From NCBI GenBank assembly GCA_031409655.1, contig JANNXQ010000170.1:1-64000 (forward strand): 64,000 nt of DNA. The letters are read 5' to 3'. The position numbers and the translations under genes are program-made. The notes beneath the pieces are model-generated. The model was not told the DNA's origin. It made no database searches and saw only the letters and a list, made by a program, of their open reading frames with translations. Origin of the DNA: Chthoniobacteraceae bacterium. Its GTDB lineage: Bacteria; Verrucomicrobiota; Verrucomicrobiia; Chthoniobacterales; Chthoniobacteraceae. Below, one piece after another: positions 27,216 through 37,998 of the stretch; positions within the stretch are counted from its first letter, which is position 1, and every line of letters begins with the position of its first letter.

Positions 27216-28409
27216 TCATCGGGCTGCAGAAACCGTTGAGCGGAGCGCGACTTCATAGGCGGCGAGAGTGCTGCGAGCCATCTCGAGTGCAGTGTAGTTT
27301 GAAGTAAAGCGACGACGGCCTTCCGCACCCATCCTAGCCCGTGCCGTGGGATCTCCGATTAACTGGAGCAAGGCTGCGGCCACTGCGTCTGGGCTCGCGG
27401 GCGGAACGAGCAAGCCGGTCTCGCCGTGTGACACGATCTCCTTTGGGCCACCGGCGTCGGACGCGATCACCGGTTTCCCTAGAGCCATTGCTTCGAGAAT
27501 GACGAGGCCGAATGGTTCCGCAAGACTGGGTAAGATGAAGACATCAGCGGTCGCGATGAAAGCCAGTGAGTCGCGGCGGAATCCGGTGAGCGTGACATCC
27601 CCTGCCAGACCAAGGTGGGCGACCTGCTGTTCCAAGGCTGCACGGTAAGAACCTTCACCGACAATCAAGCACCGTGCCGTCGGTTTGGTGGCGACCACCG
27701 TTTTCATCGCCGCGATCAGCGTCGGCACATCCTTTTCCTTCTCGAGGCGAGCGACACAGACGATCAGAGGAGAGTCGGTTCCGACGGCAAATTCCGAGCG
27801 AATACGGGTTGCTTCCAGAGTCGGTTTGATTTCTGGGTCTGAGATTCCGTTCGGCACGACGGCAATCTTCTGCGGTCCAGCATCCCCGCGTGAAAGCATC
27901 GCTGCCTGGACGGCACCCGAGATCGCGATAAAACGGGTGATCCGTCCGTTGGTCCAACGGTGGGCGAGGGCCCCGAGCATCCTTTTCAGCGTGCGCTGTT
28001 GGAGGCGTCCTGGCTCGATGAAGTGCTGCGTCACCACGCTCGCACCCACACCACTTCGGAGGGTGGCAAGTGCAGCCGAAAGTCCCGTTCGACCATTGTG
28101 CGCGTGGATGATGTTGATCTCTCCTGTTTGTAGCAATTTGGTCAGCGTCTTGACGGCCGCTTGGTCGATGAGGCCACCCTTCTGGATAACCACCACCGGC
28201 AAACGATCTGCATGCGCTCGATCCAAAAGAACGGAGGGGTTCGGGCAGCCAATGGAAACTGCTGCGCCGCAGGCCCGAAGTTCTTTTGCCAATTCCAGGA
28301 TATGGCGCTCGGTCCCGGCAAATACATCCGAGTCCGTAAAAAGAAGCACTCGTAGCTGCGGGCCCGTTTTCACGGGTGCGTCGATTCCCATTGTTTCCGT
28401 GATGGTCAT
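27216..28409 (-). CDS. GT4 glycosyltransferase
   Basis: AGTERHILEL, VARLEKEKD, EPFGLVILEAMALG. Confidence 0.92.
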   Translation of the reverse strand: MTITETMGIDAPVKTGPQLRVLLFTDSDVFAGTERHILELAKELRACGAAVSIGCPNPSVLLDRAHADRLPVVVIQKGGLIDQAAVKTLTKLLQTGEINIIHAHNGRTGLSAALATLRSGVGASVVTQHFIEPGRLQQRTLKRMLGALAHRWTNGRITRFIAISGAVQAAMLSRGDAGPQKIAVVPNGISDPEIKPTLEATRIRSEFAVGTDSPLIVCVARLEKEKDVPTLIAAMKTVVATKPTARCLIVGEGSYRAALEQQVAHLGLAGDVTLTGFRRDSLAFIATADVFILPSLAEPFGLVILEAMALGKPVIASDAGGPKEIVSHGETGLLVPPASPDAVAAALLQLIGDPTARARMGAEGRRRFTSNYTALEMARSTLAAYEVALRSTVSAAR

Positions 28410-28439
28410 GCTCTGTGCGGACTCTGTAGCTCGTCCTGG

Positions 28440-29381
28440 TCAGACCTTTTGCGCTAGCACCCGGACGTACCCACCGCTGTTGAGCCGGGAAGCAATGGCG
28501 GCGAGTCCGGCTTTCAACTGATGCAGCGGTCTGCTCGCGCGCTGCACGACCGCTTCATTCATCAATGATGGGTAAGCGCTGCCGGCGTCGAGAACTTGAA
28601 AGCCAACTTTTCGCACGGCAGTGGCAAGAGACTTTGGCGTGAAGAAGTTGATGTGTTCTGGCGGCTTTAACTGGCTCCACTTGGCCCCCTTTACCTTGCG
28701 GCCAATGCTCCCCCAGTTCGGCAATTCAATAAAGAGGAGCCCACCCGGAGCGAGCAAATCACGAGTCCGGTCGAGCGTAGCTACTGGATCAATGACGTGC
28801 TCGAGAACATGCCACATCGTCGAAAGTCCGAAACTCCCGGTTGCGAGATCGGAGTGAAAAACATCGCCCTTCAGCACATTCAGTCCGAACTCGTTTCGGG
28901 CGACATCGATTGCAAAGTCTGAAAATTCCACTCCCACGCATTCCCACTGGTCCGCTTGTGCCTCAGCGAGAAACCCCCCAGTCGCACACCCCACGTCGAG
29001 CAGTCGCCGCGGGCGGATCTTGTGTTTGGAAAGCAGGCTCTTCAACTCGACCCACATCCGGCGTGCGTTGACCTCAGCGACGGAACGGTAGTTCGCGTAG
29101 CCTAGAACGGTGGGCTGGCTGCGTTCGAAGTACGTGGAAGTGTAAAAGCGCTCAAGCTCCTGGGCACTCGGTCGCGGCAAGGCGAAAGCGAAGTCACATG
29201 TCCGGCACTTCTCGATGCCATAGTCAGTCCAGGTCTTCACTTCATAGACGCGTTGGAGACTCGCCCCCTGGCAGAGCGGGCATATTGACTTTGTGGCCAT
29301 GCCGGGGTCTTCAGCGACATTGCTGAGCTTTGGAGATGTTGCTTCAGTTTCCATGACAATGGGCTGTGAGAGTGCGTTCAT
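28440..29381 (-). CDS. Class I SAM methyltransferase with N-terminal CxxC...CxxC
   Basis: CPLC...CRTC, LLDVGCATGGFL, WHVLEHV, PPEHINFF. Alternative start at 29354. Confidence 0.9.
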   Translation of the reverse strand: MNALSQPIVMETEATSPKLSNVAEDPGMATKSICPLCQGASLQRVYEVKTWTDYGIEKCRTCDFAFALPRPSAQELERFYTSTYFERSQPTVLGYANYRSVAEVNARRMWVELKSLLSKHKIRPRRLLDVGCATGGFLAEAQADQWECVGVEFSDFAIDVARNEFGLNVLKGDVFHSDLATGSFGLSTMWHVLEHVIDPVATLDRTRDLLAPGGLLFIELPNWGSIGRKVKGAKWSQLKPPEHINFFTPKSLATAVRKVGFQVLDAGSAYPSLMNEAVVQRASRPLHQLKAGLAAIASRLNSGGYVRVLAQKV

Positions 29382-30486
29382 AAATCTCTAGTACTGTAGG
29401 CCATTTATATTGATCCACGGTGGCCGGTGTGGTGGCGCTCAGCGCCGCGCGTCGCTCGTCGTCGAGCAAAGGGGAGAGGGCTGCGGCAAGTTCTTCGCCA
29501 CTCTTCGGGTCCGAAATGAGAGCGCCATTGACCCCGGGACGAATGGCGTCGCGGGCACCGGGAACCGTGGTAGTGATAACTGGAACTCCGCTCCCCAAGG
29601 CTTCGAGAATCGCGAGCGAGAAAGCTTCGTATTGGGTAGGTAGAACGAACAAATCCCCAGCGGCGTGGTAGGAGGCGACGTCGCTGGTTTGACCGCAGGC
29701 GAATACTTGCCCGGTGATACCCACTCTCTCGGCCGCCCGGCGAATGGTGCTTACTTCAGGCCTGCCGATCACTAGCACGCGCAGGCGCGGAGAACCGACG
29801 ATTTTCACTGCGTGAAGAACAGTCTCGAACCCTTTGCGATCCAATTCATTCGCAACGAAGAGCAACGCGACGTGGGCTGGCAAAAGTCCGACTTGCTCCC
29901 GCGACTTTAGACGCCGCGCTGCCCGAAGTTCCGGGTTGAATTCCGCAGGCGAGAAGCCGTTTGGAATGATCTCTACGTCCTTGAGAGGCACTTCGTAGTG
30001 CCGGTGCAGATCCTGGCGGACCTGCTCAGTGGTCGCGATGAGTTTCCGATATCGCCGTTCCCGGAAGTGAGTCTCCTCCAGCTTAAGGATCGCCGGGTGC
30101 AGAGGATTCAGTCGTTGCCGAATACGTGCTGCAGAGAAAGGAGGGCGAAACTGAGCGCAGCGTTCAAGCCAGGCGCGATGCACACTTTGCACCCAGTGTA
30201 CTCCGCCAGTCGGGCACACCGCACCGTGAGTATTGAGAACATCAAACTGCTCGCGGCCGAGAGCCTTGGAACAGTTGTGATAATAGGAAGTGCCTCGTAG
30301 AAACCCAGGCTGGCTCCGGACCGGCACGCGGCGGTAGTGGACGCCGCGGGTATCAGTTTCATCCCACTCGTTAGCAAAAACAGTGACATCATGTTGACGG
30401 GACGCGAGGAAGCCCGCGCATTCGAATGCCACGCGTTCGACACCACCACGCTGATGACAGCCGGGAAAAGAAAGTGCGACTTTCAT
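29344..30486 (-). CDS. GT4 glycosyltransferase (WaaG/RfaG-like)
   Basis: GGVERVAFE, RKGFE, PTQYEAFSLAILEALGSG. Confidence 0.9.
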   Translation of the reverse strand: MKVALSFPGCHQRGGVERVAFECAGFLASRQHDVTVFANEWDETDTRGVHYRRVPVRSQPGFLRGTSYYHNCSKALGREQFDVLNTHGAVCPTGGVHWVQSVHRAWLERCAQFRPPFSAARIRQRLNPLHPAILKLEETHFRERRYRKLIATTEQVRQDLHRHYEVPLKDVEIIPNGFSPAEFNPELRAARRLKSREQVGLLPAHVALLFVANELDRKGFETVLHAVKIVGSPRLRVLVIGRPEVSTIRRAAERVGITGQVFACGQTSDVASYHAAGDLFVLPTQYEAFSLAILEALGSGVPVITTTVPGARDAIRPGVNGALISDPKSGEELAAALSPLLDDERRAALSATTPATVDQYKWPTVLEIYERTLTAHCHGN

Positions 30487-31745
30487 GCGGGTTGCATGGC
30501 GCTGGATTCAATGAGCGAAGCGGACTCCGATCGTTGGCGCCGTGCGATCACCAAGCGGCGTCGGCTTACGAAATAGGCATGAGTCGCCATTCCTGCCGCA
30601 GCCCACGCGACCATGATCGCACCACGGCTCCAGTAGTGGTCAACCAATCCATGGACAAATTTGCTCAGAACGAGCGCGCCTCCCAGGGCCATGATCGAGA
30701 AGAGAGCGTCGTCCTTGCGAATAATCCGCCGTGCTTTCCAGACCATGCGTCCGGTGGCGACGTGGAGGTAAAGGAACGCGGCCATCCCGAGTACTCCGGT
30801 TTCTGCAAGCGTCAAAAGGAACACATTGGTGGCGTCGTATTCTTTCCGCAGCCCGACTCCGACGCCGATGATGGGCGAGCGCTCAAATTGACTCTTTGCA
30901 TAGTCCATGGACATGTAACGAAGGCGGATATTCCAATTCTCCTTGTCGAAGCCAGTCGCGTAAGACTTAGACTGTTGCGGCAAAAGAGCCCAACACACCG
31001 CAATCAGCGGGACCAGAAAAGCACCCATACGAACCATCAGCGCAAACTCACGCCGGAGTGCGAGGAGGAGGAAGATCCCACAGGTAGCGCCGATCCAACC
31101 GCCACGGGACAGGGAGAAAAACAATCCAGCTACTAATAGTGCCATGATGGCTCCGAGAAGCCATCGGGTGCGTCGTGTCCGAGCACTAAACCAAAGTTCG
31201 GCGCAGACGATTACGGAAGTAGCGAGTGATCCGCCGACCCCGTTTTTGTGCAAGCCGAGGACATATCCCGAGCGCGTAATAAGAACGGCGCTGGCGAGAA
31301 CCACCCCAATGACGACTAATCCCTTCAATGCGAGCTGGTAGTCCTCGGCATTTTTCGTAAAAGAGGTAAAGAGGCAAACCGCCACAACCAGGTACATTCC
31401 CATTTGCGTTAAGGATACGAGACTGGAGGGCCGCCAGCTATTCAGTGAAGAAAGCAAACAGACTCCCAGATAGATGAGAACGGGAACGAAAAGCGGCCCA
31501 AAGAGGATCGGACGGCGCCGGAGGAGAAAAAGTGGGACGGAGAGCAGCAGATTGATCTCGGCAATTGAAAAATGAGGACCGGCCGACTGCGCCATATCCG
31601 GACGCTCCGGTTCCATGGCGAGGCTGGCGGAGATGTCATTTTGAAAAGGAGCCAACGCAAAGATCATCATGAGCGGGATTTTTGGCCACTTCCAACCTAC
31701 CCCCCAAAAAAGACACGCATACACGATGGCCGCAATGAACATCAT
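30483..31745 (-). CDS. O-antigen ligase/Wzy-like membrane protein
   Basis: Many TMs, LHKNGVG, SLSRGGWIG, PIIGVGVG, LAETGVLG. Confidence 0.85.
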   Translation of the reverse strand: MMFIAAIVYACLFWGVGWKWPKIPLMMIFALAPFQNDISASLAMEPERPDMAQSAGPHFSIAEINLLLSVPLFLLRRRPILFGPLFVPVLIYLGVCLLSSLNSWRPSSLVSLTQMGMYLVVAVCLFTSFTKNAEDYQLALKGLVVIGVVLASAVLITRSGYVLGLHKNGVGGSLATSVIVCAELWFSARTRRTRWLLGAIMALLVAGLFFSLSRGGWIGATCGIFLLLALRREFALMVRMGAFLVPLIAVCWALLPQQSKSYATGFDKENWNIRLRYMSMDYAKSQFERSPIIGVGVGLRKEYDATNVFLLTLAETGVLGMAAFLYLHVATGRMVWKARRIIRKDDALFSIMALGGALVLSKFVHGLVDHYWSRGAIMVAWAAAGMATHAYFVSRRRLVIARRQRSESASLIESSAMQPA

Positions 31746-31748
31746 AGA

Positions 31749-32657
31749 TCAGCGCCAGTGAAAGGCTTGGCGGAACACCAGCCATGAGTGAAGGCGCACC
31801 TTTGCAGTGGCGACTTCTCGTCGCGAGGGCAGGAGGCTCGCGATGCTCCACAGAATTGCGCGCATCGAGCACCCCACAATCATGGCGCCGCGGATCGCCA
31901 GCAGGCCGAGCCGGCCGTGATGTTTCCGGCCATAGTAGTCGAGACTCGTAAAAAAATGTTGAGTGACAGCGGCCTTTTCCGACACCCCGCTCGCTCCGCC
32001 CAAATGGGTCACACGAGCGCTTGGCACGAACATAACCTTCCAACCGCAATCCCACATACGACGCTCCCAATCCGCCTCCTCGCTATACATGAAAAAGTTC
32101 TCGTCGAAGCCACCGACGTCCTGAAAGGCCTTACGCCGGACGAGCATGCACGCTCCGATGACGAACTCTACGGAGCGCACCTCGTCATGCGGCCAGTCGT
32201 TGTAGCCACGCGATAGCCAAAGATTCTCTTTCCACGCATGACTAGGGGACGGAAATTTGTAGCAAGATATCTGGAGTGAACCGTCCTTGTTCAGAATGCG
32301 TGGGCCTGCCACGCCAGTATCTGGGTGTTCCTGAAGAAACGAAAGCATCTCGTTCACTGCGTTGGGCTCAGGAAAGGCGTCGCTATTTAGCAGAAGAAAA
32401 TAGTCGCCTGCTGCTGCCCGCAGGCCTTGGTTGTTCGCCGCACCGAAACCGAGATTGGCTGAGTTTTGAAGGACACAAATGCGCGGGTCCGCGCCACGGA
32501 TTGCTTCGACGCTGCCGTCATTCGATCCATTGTCGATAACGATTACTTCCGACGAAATGCCTTCAAGTGCGTCCGATAGAGTAGTCAGGCACTCAAGAGT
32601 CAGAGCACGCGTGTTGTAAGACACGATGATGACGGAGAGTAGAGGGGTGGAGTCCAT
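31749..32657 (-). CDS. GT2 glycosyltransferase (WbbL-like)
   Basis: SVIIVSYN, NLGFGAANN, LLLNSD, GGFDENFFMYSEEAD. Confidence 0.92.
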   Translation of the reverse strand: MDSTPLLSVIIVSYNTRALTLECLTTLSDALEGISSEVIVIDNGSNDGSVEAIRGADPRICVLQNSANLGFGAANNQGLRAAAGDYFLLLNSDAFPEPNAVNEMLSFLQEHPDTGVAGPRILNKDGSLQISCYKFPSPSHAWKENLWLSRGYNDWPHDEVRSVEFVIGACMLVRRKAFQDVGGFDENFFMYSEEADWERRMWDCGWKVMFVPSARVTHLGGASGVSEKAAVTQHFFTSLDYYGRKHHGRLGLLAIRGAMIVGCSMRAILWSIASLLPSRREVATAKVRLHSWLVFRQAFHWR

Positions 32658-32669
32658 TCGGACGATTCG

Positions 32670-33893
32670 CTATGCAGCCGGGACACAGGATTCGATGACT
32701 CGAACTACTTCATCAACCCGACGATCCCATGAGTGCTTGCGAGCTTCCGTGCGCCGCGCCTCGGCAACCTCTCCGCGCTCGCCGAGTGCTTCCTCGATTT
32801 TGGTGACGAAGGATTCATGGTCGTTCGCAAGATGGACGAGGTTCGGAAAATCGCGAAAGCCAGGAACTGAAGTCGAGACGATGGGTTTCCCAGCTGCGAG
32901 GTATTCCCAAAGCTTGATAGGATTGAGGCTTTCGGTGAATGCGGTCACCCGATGTGGGACGATGCAGACATCAAAGGCGCGCATAAATTCAGGAATCTGA
33001 GAGTAGGGGACGGCTGGAACACGATGGACATTGCCCAACGCATCAAGGCAACCGGCATCCGAAGGAGAGAGGAAGTCCGGGCCAATGAGCACGATGGATC
33101 CATTGGGGTATCTCTTTGCGATGGCGGCAATGAGCGCGACGTCCACCCGGCTTGAGTGAACGGTGCCGGTGTAGCCGAGGATTGGCCGTTTCCACTGCGC
33201 CGCCTCGGCAGGTAAGCCCATGGCGCGATTCAGGACATGTTGATAGTGGGCCGCATGCACTCCGTTCGGGATCAAGTGAAGCCGCTTGGCTAAGGCGCGC
33301 TTCTTTTCGCGGAGTCGTTCGGAACAGACGATGACGGCATCAGCCCTCAGGCAAAGGGCCGCGTCTTGTTCGGTGATCAATTTTACTTCCCGTCGTCCTT
33401 GATCAAGTTCGGTCCAGTCATCTGTGATGTCGTAAATCACCGCGCACTCGTTGAGCTTTCCAACCATCGAGATGCCGAAATGGGGATTCAGCCAAAGCAG
33501 CGGATGGGTCATGCCGAGGTTTGCAGCGACTTCTCGGAGGTGGCGAACGGCCATTGCTTCATTGAAGTGGCGGCAAGGCGCGAGGGAATTTGGCATCCAC
33601 TTTATGGGGCGGGTGACGACGATGTTCGGGTGCTCCGGAACGGAGCAAGTCGCGCTCGCGCTCAGTTCCGCGAACCGTCCGTGGCGGAGGCTGTTCGAAA
33701 TGTCGCGCGGCGGGGCGACAAAGAGAATTTTCGAGCTTTGGAAGCGACGGGAGAGTGCGGCGCAGAGGAATTGATTGCGTCTCCAGACCTCATCCCAGTT
33801 TTCGAGCGAGACGAAGATGATGTCGCAGCCTTGGAAAGCAGGGGCCCCTGGGTTATCCGGAGTCACGATTGCGGCTGAATCCAACACCGTCAC
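32670..33893 (-). CDS. GT-B glycosyltransferase (TuaH-like)
   Basis: WRRNQFL, YDITDDW, NPIKLWEYLAAGKPIV. GTG start overlapping the upstream stop. Confidence 0.88.
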   Translation of the reverse strand: MTVLDSAAIVTPDNPGAPAFQGCDIIFVSLENWDEVWRRNQFLCAALSRRFQSSKILFVAPPRDISNSLRHGRFAELSASATCSVPEHPNIVVTRPIKWMPNSLAPCRHFNEAMAVRHLREVAANLGMTHPLLWLNPHFGISMVGKLNECAVIYDITDDWTELDQGRREVKLITEQDAALCLRADAVIVCSERLREKKRALAKRLHLIPNGVHAAHYQHVLNRAMGLPAEAAQWKRPILGYTGTVHSSRVDVALIAAIAKRYPNGSIVLIGPDFLSPSDAGCLDALGNVHRVPAVPYSQIPEFMRAFDVCIVPHRVTAFTESLNPIKLWEYLAAGKPIVSTSVPGFRDFPNLVHLANDHESFVTKIEEALGERGEVAEARRTEARKHSWDRRVDEVVRVIESCVPAA

Positions 33894-34642
33894 AGGTCAA
33901 GAAAAGCGATGATGTCGATCTCTTTAATTTTTGAATGCTTGTACTTTCGTCCCTTGATTGCGGCAAAGAGTGCGTCGCTACATCCACCCACGTAGCCGTC
34001 GTGCAATTCCATGATCATGAGTCTGACTCTGCGCAACCAGTCGCTTCCGTGTTCAAAGAGTACCTTTTCCGCACCTTCAACATCTAGCTTGAGAATATCG
34101 ATGATTTCCGACCCTTCGCTCAGGATGATATCGGAGAGCGTCACGGCGGGGATACCCCCACGGTCGTCTGCGCCTTCCACGACGCGAAAGAGAAAACTCG
34201 CGTCATCGGGATTTTCAATTTTCATCCAACCAGGGCGGTGCCAAATGGCGGCGTGGATTAGTCGGACGTTTGGATAGCCGGAGCAATTCTTCCGGAAAAC
34301 CTCGCAGTTTTTCGCATCGGGTTCGATCGAGATGATTTTGGCATTCGGAAACCGGTTGGCGAACATCGCTGAGGCAAAGCCAACATTGGCACCGCCGTCC
34401 ACGATCAGGCGGGGGTTGCCATTCAGAGCGGGGTCGTAAACCTCACCAAACTTTTTTCCGAAGACTTCGAGGAAGACGTAAAGATCGCCGGAGCGGCAAT
34501 AGAGGGGGTGTTCGATTCCCTCGATACTCAGCGTAATTAGATCGCGGCCACGAAGTTTCTGCGTCGCGATCCCGATGGCGTTTCCGAAACCGAGGTCGCG
34601 CGCATAACGCAGCAAATTGTTGGCCTGTCCGAGTAGTCTCAT
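33890..34642 (-). CDS. FkbM-family methyltransferase
   Basis: IVDGGANVG, IEPD, LKLDVEGAE, MELHD. Confidence 0.9.
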   Translation of the reverse strand: MRLLGQANNLLRYARDLGFGNAIGIATQKLRGRDLITLSIEGIEHPLYCRSGDLYVFLEVFGKKFGEVYDPALNGNPRLIVDGGANVGFASAMFANRFPNAKIISIEPDAKNCEVFRKNCSGYPNVRLIHAAIWHRPGWMKIENPDDASFLFRVVEGADDRGGIPAVTLSDIILSEGSEIIDILKLDVEGAEKVLFEHGSDWLRRVRLMIMELHDGYVGGCSDALFAAIKGRKYKHSKIKEIDIIAFLDL

Positions 34643-34671
34643 GTGGAGGTGTTCAGCAAAAAGTGCGCGGG

Positions 34672-35112
34672 CTAGAGTCCCTTTAGGATGGGGTAACTGC
34701 GCAGATACCGGTGGAGTGGGACGTAAAATTGCGCAAAGTGGCGCGGCTTTCGGGAAAGTTTTCCGTTTTTCAATTCGTTTCGGAGTGTTCGCCACGTATC
34801 CCTCGCAAGATAGGGCCGCCACGCGCGCCAGGCCTTCCGTAGGAGTGGCCGCTGCCGGTCGTCGTTTTCGGCGGCGAAAAAGATGGGGTGATGCGTCGTC
34901 CGCACGGCGGCGCGGTTGGCGCAGTGGTTTCTCGAATCATCCCGGCTCTGGCTTTCTGCAAGTTTCGCAGTCCCATCAGTGGATCCGTCATCAACAATTT
35001 CGCATTTCCAATCCCCAACCGTTTGCCCTGTGATACTTTGTAAAGTCGTAGGGAGAAACTGGGCAGCGTTGTGCGCCAGAATGGCGATCGTGATGGAGGT
35101 AGAGAGGTTCAA
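34672..35112 (-). pseudogene. Internally deleted GT2 remnant
   Basis: ITIAILAHNAAQFLPTTLQSITGQT..EIVDDGSTDGT, then the DxD-containing core is missing. Confidence 0.7.
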
Positions 35113-35144
35113 TTCTCCGAGTGGTGATTCCTCGCGGGTTCCGT

Positions 35145-36131
35145 TTACGAAGGCGCAGACGAGAGGGTGATCTGTTCGATAGGCAGAGGTTGGCGAGGCA
35201 TTTCCAAGCGGTCCCGAATTGCTTCGACGACCTCGGCGGTTGCAATCCGTGACATGCACACTCGCTCAAAATCACAGCCGTTGAGGCGCCAGCAGGGAGC
35301 GCAGGGTTCTGGGGAGTAGAGATTGGTATTGGCGCTGTAGCCGGATTGCCATGGCGCTTCACGGCCGCCATAGATGATTATCGACGGGCATTCCACGGCA
35401 CGAGCGAGGTGCATAGGAAATCCGACAGTTCCGACAAAAAGCTGGCTGGAAGCGAGGACGGCGGCGGTCTCGCGGCGTCGGAGTTTTCCGCGGCAATCGA
35501 TCGCGCCATCAAGTTTAGGGTCCGACGCCGAACCGATCTGGATGAATTCCACGGTCTTTCGCAAGGCATTCACCGTTGCCTGGAAACGCTCTGGGAACCA
35601 TTGTTTGTTGAGCATCGGGAGGCGAGCCGCGAGTCCGCTGCTTTGAATGCAGACTTTGCCGTTCGCCCACTGGGCGGCGGCCGTCTCACCGGAGGAAAGA
35701 TGAAGAAAGGGACGCAATGCCACCGGACCATCCAGATCCATACGAAAGCAGAGTTCCGCAATGGCGTGCCTGACCGGAGAAGTCGTGCGGTCGTTGGTGG
35801 GCTCATATTGCGCATACTCCAGATAACGGTAGTTGAGCCGCCATTTTTGGGCGAAACGTTCACACCTCCCTTCGACGGGAAGCACGTGCTGGATGTCGGG
35901 ATTGCCGAGGAAGAGGTCCGGATGGTTTGACATCATCCAAATGTTGCGTTGACCGCGTTTGCTCAACTCGCGAATCAATCCGGTGCAGAGTAGGTCGTCT
36001 CCTGGTGACCTTCCGAAGTAAAGCATCAAGTCCGGCAGACCGTGTCGCAACCGGGTGAGGAGACGAAACGGAGTTTCTGAAACGACGCAACACTGGTGTC
36101 TGGACCACTTCCAAAAATCGATCGCATTCAC
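35145..36131 (-). CDS. GT9 (heptosyltransferase-like) glycosyltransferase
   Basis: SPGDDLL, KQWFPERF, DCRGKL..RETAAVL, MHLARAV, CAPCW..C...CM. GTGA overlap with the upstream pseudogene stop. Confidence 0.85.
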   Translation of the reverse strand: MNAIDFWKWSRHQCCVVSETPFRLLTRLRHGLPDLMLYFGRSPGDDLLCTGLIRELSKRGQRNIWMMSNHPDLFLGNPDIQHVLPVEGRCERFAQKWRLNYRYLEYAQYEPTNDRTTSPVRHAIAELCFRMDLDGPVALRPFLHLSSGETAAAQWANGKVCIQSSGLAARLPMLNKQWFPERFQATVNALRKTVEFIQIGSASDPKLDGAIDCRGKLRRRETAAVLASSQLFVGTVGFPMHLARAVECPSIIIYGGREAPWQSGYSANTNLYSPEPCAPCWRLNGCDFERVCMSRIATAEVVEAIRDRLEMPRQPLPIEQITLSSAPS

Positions 36132-36958
36132 GAAAGCATTGGGGCGGGGAACTGCTTTACAAGCCCGTGAGTGGAGTAATTGCGGGAGTGGCGGCGTTCC
36201 CGGACATATTGCAGGCAGGGGCGGAAATGGCGCGTGTTTTTGAGCAGGTTTTCCAGTGCGGGACCTGTCTGGAACCATGCGGAGATTGCGGTGAGGCGGC
36301 GAATTGCGGCTTTGAAGAAATGCCGCCGTGGAGTTCCCCGAACAGAGTTCTCCCTATGATAGACAAGATCGGCATCGGCTTGGTCCATCTTCCGCGCTGA
36401 ATCCAACCATTGGGAGTTTATGAGGCGGGCTTCGTTGAGGTGATGCTCAACTTCCGCGTTAAGGGCCGCAGTGATGCGGTAGCCAGCCTGGTGCAGTTGC
36501 AGAGAGAAGAGAGTGTCGTCTCCGAACCGAATGGCCCCGGGCCCGAGTTCTGGAGCAAAGGTGGGAACTTTGAGAAGGACTCTCCGGGCAAAAGCCATAT
36601 TAGCGCTGACCATGCGGCCCGGATCCCGTGGGTGGAGCGTAAAGTTTCACTGGCTTGGTTGCGACGGGGATCACGTCATCTTCAGTGAAAACGATGATGT
36701 CTCCGGTTCCGGCGGCAAGACCGGTATTGCGAGCGGCGGACTGTCCGCCTCGCGGTTCACGCAGATAGCTCACCGGCAGAGTGTTTGCGAGCCGCGGACC
36801 GTGCGCGACGGCTTCAGCGTTCTCGGTCGAGGCATTGTCCACAATCAGGACTATACTCGGGTCGCCGACGGTATCATGACACGACCGAGGGCCGTTAGAG
36901 TCTGGGCTAGCCTCGGTGCCCGATTGCGCGTGCAGATCATGATGGAGATGCGAGTCAA
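36128..36958 (-). pseudogene. Frameshifted and deleted GT2 pseudogene
   Basis: Three consecutive frameshifted pieces: ISIMICTRNRAPRL; VLIVDNAST...SAARNTGL..DIIVFTEDDV; SANMAFARRVL...GDDTLF. TTGA start overlap and GTGA end overlap retained. Confidence 0.85.
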
Positions 36959-37953
36959 GCCAAGGGAGTGTTTACGCTGCCACGAAGCGTCTGGCTGAGA
37001 TACGCTTTGAGTTCGTGCTTCCAGCCACGGGCGCGGAGGCGAAGATACCGAACGTTCATCGTTTGGGGCCGGGACGCTGCGGGACTCGAGCGTTTCTCCA
37101 TGATGTCCTTGCAACTCTCAACCATGCGGTGAAAGAGGACTTCTGGTGAAAACCATTCCTCCCAAGCGAGGCGTGCGGCCTTTGCCATTTCCGGGAATCG
37201 AGGTTCCTGACTCGCAATAAACTTGGGCAAGTCCCGAATCCGACGCTCCGGGACGGAGAGCGAAAAATCTGACCAAGCAGGACCGATCGGGCGCGTCCAT
37301 GCGTCGCTAATAATCACCGGGACGCGCCCAGCGGCCATGGTCTCGAAGAGACGAAACGAGGAAGGTCCACTACCTACGGGACAAAGTACGAACTTGGAGC
37401 GCTGGATCACCTCCGCGTAACGGCGTTTTTGTCCGGCCACCGCGTCCGTGTTCGCGCCGAAAAAGCTCAAGTGGCTCGTGTCTTCAATGACCGAGCGTTG
37501 CTCCCGGATCTGCATGATCGCTTTCCTCACGGGATGCCCAAGACGTCCCATGTAGGAGAAAAGAATGTTCGGGGCGGGGGCATCGTCGGTTGACTGTGAA
37601 GCGGTGTTGTTGATGAGCACCAGATAAGAACATGGGCGCTGACGCTGCCAATCGAAGGAGTTTTTGGGCATACTGACGTAAAGACCGGGCATCGCGCACC
37701 AAGGCTGATCCATTTCGTTATAAACGAAGGCACGGTCTCGGTTGCGTCGCACGATGGGGTGCTCACGGATGTCGGTAAGATTGAGGTCCCGGTAGTGCTG
37801 GTGGCCGTCGAGAAAGAGCACGATGTCGGCTGAGTCCGGGTCTTCGACCAGCGTATGAACCCGGAAGCGATCTTGCGCAGCGAGTTTGTGAAAAACCGGC
37901 AGGTATGTTTCCACCTCTTTGGGAGAGATGGCCGTCGTGGCGAAGACTTTCAT
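36955..37953 (-). CDS. Exostosin-family (GT47-like) glycosyltransferase
   Basis: SKFVLCPVGSGPSSFRLFETMAAGRVPVIISD..W; DPDSADIVLF. Confidence 0.85.
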   Translation of the reverse strand: MKVFATTAISPKEVETYLPVFHKLAAQDRFRVHTLVEDPDSADIVLFLDGHQHYRDLNLTDIREHPIVRRNRDRAFVYNEMDQPWCAMPGLYVSMPKNSFDWQRQRPCSYLVLINNTASQSTDDAPAPNILFSYMGRLGHPVRKAIMQIREQRSVIEDTSHLSFFGANTDAVAGQKRRYAEVIQRSKFVLCPVGSGPSSFRLFETMAAGRVPVIISDAWTRPIGPAWSDFSLSVPERRIRDLPKFIASQEPRFPEMAKAARLAWEEWFSPEVLFHRMVESCKDIMEKRSSPAASRPQTMNVRYLRLRARGWKHELKAYLSQTLRGSVNTPLA

Positions 37954-37998
37954 TGACCGACTTGTTGATCCACGGGCGTGATGCCCGACTCGGGAAAG

